Below are positions 52,131 through 64,000 of a stretch of 64,000 nucleotides of DNA, piece by piece (position 1 is the stretch's first letter; each line of letters starts with the position of its first letter). A program made the position numbers and the translations under genes. This stretch comes from the human T2T-CHM13v2.0 reference genome, Homo sapiens: NCBI RefSeq assembly GCF_009914755.1, contig NC_060947.1; one strand, written 5' to 3'. Under the pieces are notes generated by a model. It searched no databases. It was given only the letters and a program-made list of their open reading frames with translations, and had not been told where the DNA came from.

Positions 52131-52674
52131 AACATTTTGGCCTACAATTCCTGACAAAGATGGAATGTGGGCAAATGCATGATGACCTGGATTATTTCTG
52201 GGAGAATTGTAAAGAGTTTCTGTAGTCAGCAGAAATGCTTTGAATACTTTCCATATATTAGTTCATTAATCCCCCATGAAGTACAAGTAGGGGAAACTGA
52301 GGCACAGGGAAGTTGACTAATTTGCCCAGGGTCACAAAGTGAGTAAGTGGCAGAACCGCTATTTGAACCTAGCTGCGCTCATAGTGCTTTAATCTTCAAT
52401 CAGCGAGGATCGTCAAGTTGGCTGCTGGATCTTTCTGGATCTTTTTTTCATTACCTCGCCTTTCATGTTGTTTGTCCACATAGCTTGAGGCTTTATCACA
52501 GATTGCTCTTGGGGGCAGTGTTACTCCAGAAATGCCGGAATGCTCCGCTATTCCTCACTCCACCCCTAAATATACAGCATCTCCTCCCGCCCTTAAGCTC
52601 TGAAAAAAATGCTGCGGAGCCAGAAAGGCTGCAGAAAGCCGGGTGTGACCACTGGCTCTGTAGCCAACCTGTTC

Positions 52675-52675
<1 letters not shown>

Positions 52676-52705
<30 letters not shown>
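52676..52705. repeat. (CTG)10/(CAG)10 trinucleotide repeat
   Basis: Ten uninterrupted CTG units. Confidence 0.98.
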
Positions 52706-52706
<1 letters not shown>

Positions 52707-52991
52707 AGTCGTTTGGTTTCCTCTTTGAATCTGAGATGATTCTGAGGTCTACACTGCAAACTCTTGGCATATATCATTTCTAGAATTCCATTCCTACTCG
52801 ACCTAGGCTGTGAGTCTGCACTAGTTCGCGGCACGTTAGATCGCGCCCATTTCCCTTATTGGCAAGTTGTCAGGTTGAGGAAGCTCCAGGCCTGGAGGAG
52901 GGCATCTCCAGCCACCAGCCATGAAGCCCAGGGCCTCAGGCACCTTCTGGCCTCCGGGTGGCCTCCTCTATTCGCTGACCCAGACACTAGT

Positions 52992-53182
52992 CCAGTGGTT
53001 CCCAAAGTGGGGTTCCCTGGCAGGCAGCAGCTGCCTCGCTGGGAATCTATTAAAAATGCATACTCCCAGGCCCCACCCATGACCCACTGAATCAGAAGCT
53101 GTGGGCCTGGGGCCCAGCAGTTGGTGTTTTCAGAAGCCCTCCAGTGGACTCCAATGGTTCCTAGAGTTTCAAAAGCACACTG
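52992..53182. mobile_element. MER5A hAT-Charlie DNA transposon
   Basis: cagtggttcccaaagtg...actgaatcagaa...gggcccagca...aagccctccag. Confidence 0.8.
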
Positions 53183-54101
53183 GGCTAGGCCAGGTGTGCC
53201 AAGAGAGAAGTAGCTTTTTGGCTCAAGTCCTCACAGGAATGGTCAGAGGGTCCCCATCAGTCTATCAGTGTGCACCATACAACGCTCACAGAGGGACACA
53301 CGTGTGCCCGTGTGCATGCGTCCCTGTATGGACTCCAGTTGGAGGGGGAGGGACAGTTTTGCCTTGTGGTTTTGTCACTCGCCATTGGAAAATAGCCCTT
53401 TCCCCTACTACTAAATAGCTTCCCATTGTTTTCTAGTCCCTTTACTTCCATTTCAGAGAGTGTTTTCTCTTCTGTGTTTTTTTGTTTGTTTGTTTTTTGA
53501 GACGGAGTCTCACTCTCTCACCCAGGCTGGAGTGCAGTGGCGCGATCCTGGCCCATTGCAACCTCCGCCTCCGGGATTCAAGCAATTCTCCTGCCTCAGC
53601 CTGCTAAGTAGCTGGGATTACAAGTGCCTGCTACCACACTCACCTAATTTTGTATTTTTAATAGAGATAGGGGTTTTGCCATGTTGGCCAGGTTGGTCTC
53701 GAACTCCTGACCTCAGATGATCCACCTGCCTCGACCTCCCAAGTGCTGGGATTACAGGCATGAGCCACCATGCTGGGTCCCTCTTCTCTTTGGAAAAGTC
53801 ATCCACGTTGGTTGCAAGTTTTTCAGAAAAGAGGGAACTACATTATAGAAATAAATGGCAAACAGACACCCAACACCCAAGGAATAATTTCTCATCTCTG
53901 TCCTTTCAATGTGTATATTTCTAAATGTCCGTGTTTATATTTACATAAATTAAAAAAAACGGTTTACTTGTACGTGTCATTTTGTTTTTATCTTAAATTT
54001 TTGTGTTTTTAATTTTGGTGATATATCATTTTGGTTGTACTTTTTCACTTCTGTACATACTGTTACATAACATGCAGTTTTCCAGTAACACTAACTTGTG
54101 A

Positions 54102-54309
<208 letters not shown>

Positions 54310-54367
54310 TAGAGACGGGGTTTTACCATGTTGGCCAGGCTGGTCTCAAACTCCTGATCTCAGGTGA

Positions 54368-54609
<242 letters not shown>

Positions 54610-54729
54610 TAGAGACGGGGTTTCTCCATGTTGGTCAGGCTGATCTCAAACTCCCAACCTCAGGTGATCCGCTCACCTCCACCTCCCAAATTGCTGGGAT
54701 TACAGGCATGAGCCACCGTGCCTGGCAGG

Positions 54730-55095
54730 ATAGAAGCCATTTTAACTGGGGTGAGATGGTATCTCATTGTAGTTTTGATTTGCATTTCTCTGATGATCAG
54801 TGACATTGAGCACCTTTTCCTATGCCTGCTTGTCATTTGTAGGTCTTCTTTTGAGAAATGTCTATTGAGATCTTTTGCCCACTTTTTGATCAGATTATTA
54901 GATTTTTTCCTCTAGGGTTGTTTGAGCTCTTTATATATTCTGGTTATTAGTCCCTTGTCAGATGGGTAGTTTGCGAATATTTTCTCCCATTCTTTGGGTT
55001 GTCTCTTCACTTTGTGGATTGTTTCCTTTGCTGTGCAGAAGTTTTTTAACTTGATGTGATCCCATTTGTCCATTTTTGCTTTGGTTGCCTGTGTT
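54730..55095 (-). mobile_element. L1 ORF2 3' fragment, antisense
   Basis: gtgagatggtatctcattgtagttttgatttgcatttctctgatg...ttgctgtgcagaag. Confidence 0.9.
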
Positions 55096-55462
55096 TGCCA
55101 AATTCATTTTACAAGGCCAGCATTACCCTAATGCCAAAGTCAGACACTACAAGAACACTACAGCCAATATCCCTGATGAACATAAATGCAAAAAGCCTGC
55201 ACGAAATACTAACAAACAAAATCCAACAGCACATTAAAAGGATCATACATCATGACCAAATGGGATTAATCCCTAAGATGCAAGGATGGGTCAACATACA
55301 TAAATTAATAAATGTGATATACCACATTAACAGAATGAAGGATAACAATCATCTCAAAAGATTCAGAAAGAGTATTTCACAAAAATTCAATGCCACTTCA
55401 TGATAAAAACTCTAAACTAGGTATAGATGGAATTTACCTAAGCATAATAAAGGCCATATATG
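55096..55462 (+). mobile_element. L1 ORF2 (RT region) fragment; left half of a split L1
   Basis: Translates [14 protein letters not shown]...[10 protein letters not shown]...[23 protein letters not shown]. Confidence 0.92.
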
Positions 55463-55709
55463 CCTGGCTAATTTTTGTATTTTTAATAGAGACGGGGATT
55501 CACCACGTTGGCCAGGCTGGTCTTGATCTCCTGACCTCAAATGATCCTCACCTCGGCCTCCCAAAGTGTTGGGATTACAGGCGTGAGCCACCGCACCCTG
55601 CCACAATTTTCTTCTAAGATAAAAAAGTTTACATAAGGGTTCTCTGGGATGGAAACAAAAGTTGGACAGAGCCAGGATTATTTTAATAAAATACAATTAA
55701 TAGGAGTTG

Positions 55710-55995
55710 TGATAAATGAAATGATGCCCCACAAAAGTGCCCATGTCTTAACCCCCACGTTCTAGGAATATATTATGGTATATGACAAAGAATAGAGGCT
55801 GTAGATAAAATCAAGGATGATAATCAGATGACTCTAAAACAAAGAGATTAATTTGAATTATGAGATTGGTGTCTACAGCCATACCACCCTGAATGCACCT
55901 GATCTTATCTGAATTATAAGTGTGAGCCTAGGGTAATCACAAAAGTTCTTAAATGGGAATGAGAGGCTAAGAAAATTAATGCTGTGATATGAGAG
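55710..55995 (+). mobile_element. MLT1-type LTR fragment hosting the 5S piece
   Basis: gccccacaaaagtgcccatgtcttaaccccc...taatcagatgac...gagatta...gtaatcacaaaagttcttaaa. Confidence 0.6.
55871..55912 (+). pseudogene. 3'-truncated 5S rRNA pseudogene fragment (nt 1-42)
   Basis: GTCTACAGCCATACCACCCTGAATGCACCTGATCTTATCTGA vs 5S GTCTACGGCCATACCACCCTGAACGCGCCCGATCTCGTCTGA: 36/42 identical. Confidence 0.9.
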
Positions 55996-56020
55996 TCAGA
56001 TTTTTTTTTAATTTTTTTTA

Positions 56021-56404
<384 letters not shown>

Positions 56405-56436
56405 TCACTTGAGGTCAAGAGTTGGAGACCAGCCTA

Positions 56437-56731
<295 letters not shown>

Positions 56732-56852
56732 CTAGGTATATAGTGTAAAAATAATGCTGACTGTACTTTTGAAAATTTATGTAATAGAATTAATCAAGAA
56801 TTTTATGATAAAAAAGTGATGATTTTGAACATACAATAAATAACATTTATGA

Positions 56853-57062
<210 letters not shown>

Positions 57063-57186
57063 TAGCCAGGATGGTCTCCATCTCCTAACCTCGTGATCCG
57101 CCCACCTTGGCCTCCCAAAGTGCTGGGATTACAGGCGTGAGCCACCACGCCGGGTGTAAAGTCTATTATTTTCAGATATTCAAAAT

Positions 57187-58158
57187 ATGTTTCTCTTTTG
57201 CAATTTACATTATTACATTCCACTTATGTTTTCATTGAAAAATGCCTCTTTTTTTCAAGCTGGCATTGGAATCTTGACCCTCAGCTTCCTCATTTTCTTC
57301 CTCGTCTTCACACTTCTTCTGTAATGCAGGCCTGAGCCCACAGACCTGACCATTTATCACCTGGTCTTCATCCACATAGTGATCCTCCTTACTCTGGTGT
57401 CATTGTTGTCTCCAGGTCTGCCTGAGTCACTGTATTTTCAGAATGACTTCAAGTGTAAAGGATTTTTTTTACCTGAACAAGATGATGAGAAGTTTCTCCA
57501 TCTGCACCACCTGCTTCCTGAGTGTGCTTCAGACCATAATCATCAGCCCCAGAAGCTCTTGGTTGGTGAGGTTTAACCATAAATCCACCATTTTCACCTG
57601 TCATTTCTTGTTGTTTTTACATTTTCTCAGTTTTTTTTTTTTTTCAGTAGTAATCTCATCTTGTGCACTGTGGGGTCTTCTAATGTGACCCTGAGCAATC
57701 TTCTGCATACCAGTAAAGACTGTTCACTTTTCCACCATGAACTCCATCATCAGAAGACTGTTTCTTACTCTGTTTCTTACTCCAGATATGTTTTTCTTAT
57801 AGGAACAATGCTGCTTTCAAGTGCATACAGAGTGGTCCTTTTGTTCAGGCACCAGAAGAAATTCTGATACTTTCACAGCACCAGCCTCTCCCCAAGACCT
57901 TCCCCAGAGAAAAGTGCCACTCAGACCATCCTGCTGCTAGTGAGTTTCTTTGTGGTCATCTACTGGGTCGATTTCATCATCTCATGCACCTCAACCTCGC
58001 TATGGGCATATGACCCTGTTGTCCTGGGTGTCCAGAGGCTTGTCAGTCTTTTGGTGCTACTCAGATCTGATAAAAGGATAATCATTGTGACACAAACTGT
58101 GAGACAGAGAGTTAACAAGTTATTTTTATTGAAAATAGATTATTCTGTCACCAGTTAA
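57187..58158 (+). pseudogene. VN1R110P: Vomeronasal type-1 receptor (V1R) pseudogene
   Basis: Intronless 7TM remnant with V1R motifs MFSLKNASFFQAGIGI, RPEPTDLTIYHLVFIH, NDFKCK, SICTTCFLSVLQTIIISPRSSWL, SPEKSATQTILLLVSFFVVIYWVD. In-frame TAA at 57322-57324 and several frameshifts. Family call is solid; the symbol is from recalled locus position. Confidence 0.85.
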
Positions 58159-60205
58159 ATTACATAAGTAGTACAGAACTTGCTATTTAATTTAACTTAA
58201 ATGTATGGATTTACACTTTCAATATGTCTAAATACTTTTGAATCAAATGCTGCCAATTCTCTGTGGGTTTTTTTTAGTTTAACATACATGATGGATAGAT
58301 ACTCCCATATGTTTACAAGTGTCTTCTTTTTCATTTTGATTTTCAGGCCTTAATACAGAGAACATTTTTCTTTCTTTTTGAAGTATAATATTAAGAATAT
58401 CCTCCTGGTAATATAATCTCTCTGTCTTCGTATTTTTGAGAATGTTTTATTTTTATTTATTAAAGATATTTGACTAAATATTAAATTCTTACACTCAATA
58501 TTTACTTCTCCTTGTTCTGGCTTCTATCAAGGCTGTGTGGATGGTGCCTACAAATTTGTGGCTTACCTCTGTTTTTTATCTCCCTAATTTTAAGATTTTT
58601 CTTTCTTTTTAGTGTTATACAGCTTGACTATTATTTCTGTATAAATGATCACCTGTATTTACCTTTTTTTTGAAAACTATGTACTTCTGAATTCGAGAAT
58701 TTTTTCTGGCTTTTAATTTTACAAAAAATTATTTCTTTCTAAAATTACATTTGTGTCTTATTCTTTGTATGTATTTCAGTGAAACAACTGAATATACTTT
58801 ATTCCTTCTAATCTTTGTCTTTATAGATCTATAAATACATTTACATCTTATATCACTTTACTTTTATTAGCATCGATTTTCTCTCCTTAATCTTCCAGTG
58901 CACTATTTATCTCATTAGCTTATTCTAAGTTAATAGTTTCCCAATACAATGTATATTGAATTTATAGATTTTTATTTCTCATTTATTCAATTTACAGTTA
59001 GCTCTTTCCATGGATGCTCTTCAATTTTTAAGTTTCTTCCTCTTTAAACACTATTTTTGTCTCTTATTTTATCACTGAATTGATGTAAACATTTTAAATA
59101 CAATTCCAATTATTATTAATTTATGTAGCATCCAATTTCTTCTTACTCTAAATTGTGGTAGCTTATTTTGTGTGTGTGTGTACTTCATAACTTCTTATAA
59201 TTTAGCTGTCATGATTGGGAGACCTTTCCCTGTAAATGTCTTCAATCAGTATATTTGTTTGTTCTACTTAACCTGGCACAATATTATCAATTTTGCCTTG
59301 TGATCAGCCATTCGCTTCTCACGTTGATAAAGCCTTTGAATCTTTTCTTGACTCATTTGTGTTCCTGGAAAGTTCTGATATTTTTCCTTTCAGCCCCATT
59401 GGGCATTCTAGAGATTTTTGTAACTTTTGATGCACAAACTTTCACACTGCACACATAAAATATTTTAGTTATGTAATGCTACCACACATCAGCATCTTAT
59501 GAGAAATCTTGAGTCTCTTTACTTGAAGCACCCCCTCTCCAATATACAGTATGATACACTGATGTGCAGAATGTGATTAGTTTATTAATCATATGTGAAA
59601 ATATTAGTAGCTACATATGGCCAGAATAGATTTTTCTCTCTACAAATGTAAGTTAGTGTTGATAGAATTTGTTATGCGATATTTGGTTCTTTGGTTTCAG
59701 TCTCAATGCTTTCTTCTTGGCATTTCATTGACTCTGTAAATTAACCTCAGCATCAATTTTCTTTTAAATTCAACAGTTATTCAAATTGATCGAAAATTAA
59801 ACTTGTATGTAGCTAGTTATCACTTGTGGGTTACACTTTAATTGACGGTTTCTGATGTCATTTCATAGTGTCTAGAATATAGGACCTATTGGAGATCTAC
59901 TTTCATGAAATTACTGACATAATTTTGGGTCCAAAATTTCAAAATTTTAAATATTTTTATTTGGAATTTTAAAATAATTTATATGCTCTTTTTACTGGCT
60001 AATAATGCTATTCATTATAATCTGATATTCAAACTGTCTAAAAAAGTTAACAATCATTGATTTATTTGTTGTATATACAGTTTATTTCTATGACAGTTTT
60101 AATGTCACCTAATATTATTTTTAATATTTCAATTTCTCATTTAAATACATTTTGTGTTGTTTATTTTAATCTCATTCAATCTGTATGTGCAAATGGCTTA
60201 GAAAA

Positions 60206-63885
<3,680 letters not shown>

Positions 63886-63958
<73 letters not shown>
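63886..63958. repeat. (CT)~25(AT)~11 compound microsatellite
   Basis: Seen directly. Confidence 0.95.
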
Positions 63959-64000
63959 GCTATATATCTAGTATATATATATGCTATATATAGGTATGTT

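Noticed and set aside
52496-52834. PolyQ ORF on the minus strand (polyC/polyS in other frames)
   Set aside because: Only reflects the CAG tract; no recognisable domain or exon structure.
54730-55462. Possible twin-primed (5'-inverted) L1
   Set aside because: The antisense piece comes from a more 3' part of L1 than the sense piece, the opposite of twin priming; more likely two elements.

Overview
Human (primate) genomic DNA, recognisable as Xp11.23 from the WDR13 coding sequence, and very Alu-dense. It holds: (1) a probable long 3' UTR of RBM3 (1-~2170, assigned by gene order only); (2) a 5'-truncated MRPL32 processed pseudogene on the minus strand; (3) the complete WDR13 gene on the plus strand, with 9 coding exons from 18996 to 26030 that I spliced by hand to 1458 nt = 485 aa + stop, all introns GT-AG, behind a CpG-island promoter with YY1, RFX X-box and NRF1 motifs; (4) a vomeronasal V1R pseudogene; (5) L1, L2, MIR, LTR and DNA-transposon relics. 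Almost all other ORFs in the track are Alu or L1 translations. The least explained structures are: a 4.7-kb block carrying the V1R pseudogene that splits an old L1 and is flanked by a perfect 14-bp duplication; an ancient ~54-bp tandem array right after the distal WDR13 poly(A) signals, followed by a ~31-bp array that flips orientation; a ~185-bp local copy pasted inside an Alu; and a 42-nt 5S rRNA fragment whose only changes are CpG decay. I found no new intact protein-coding system. Repeat family names and gene symbols come from memory, not from database searches.
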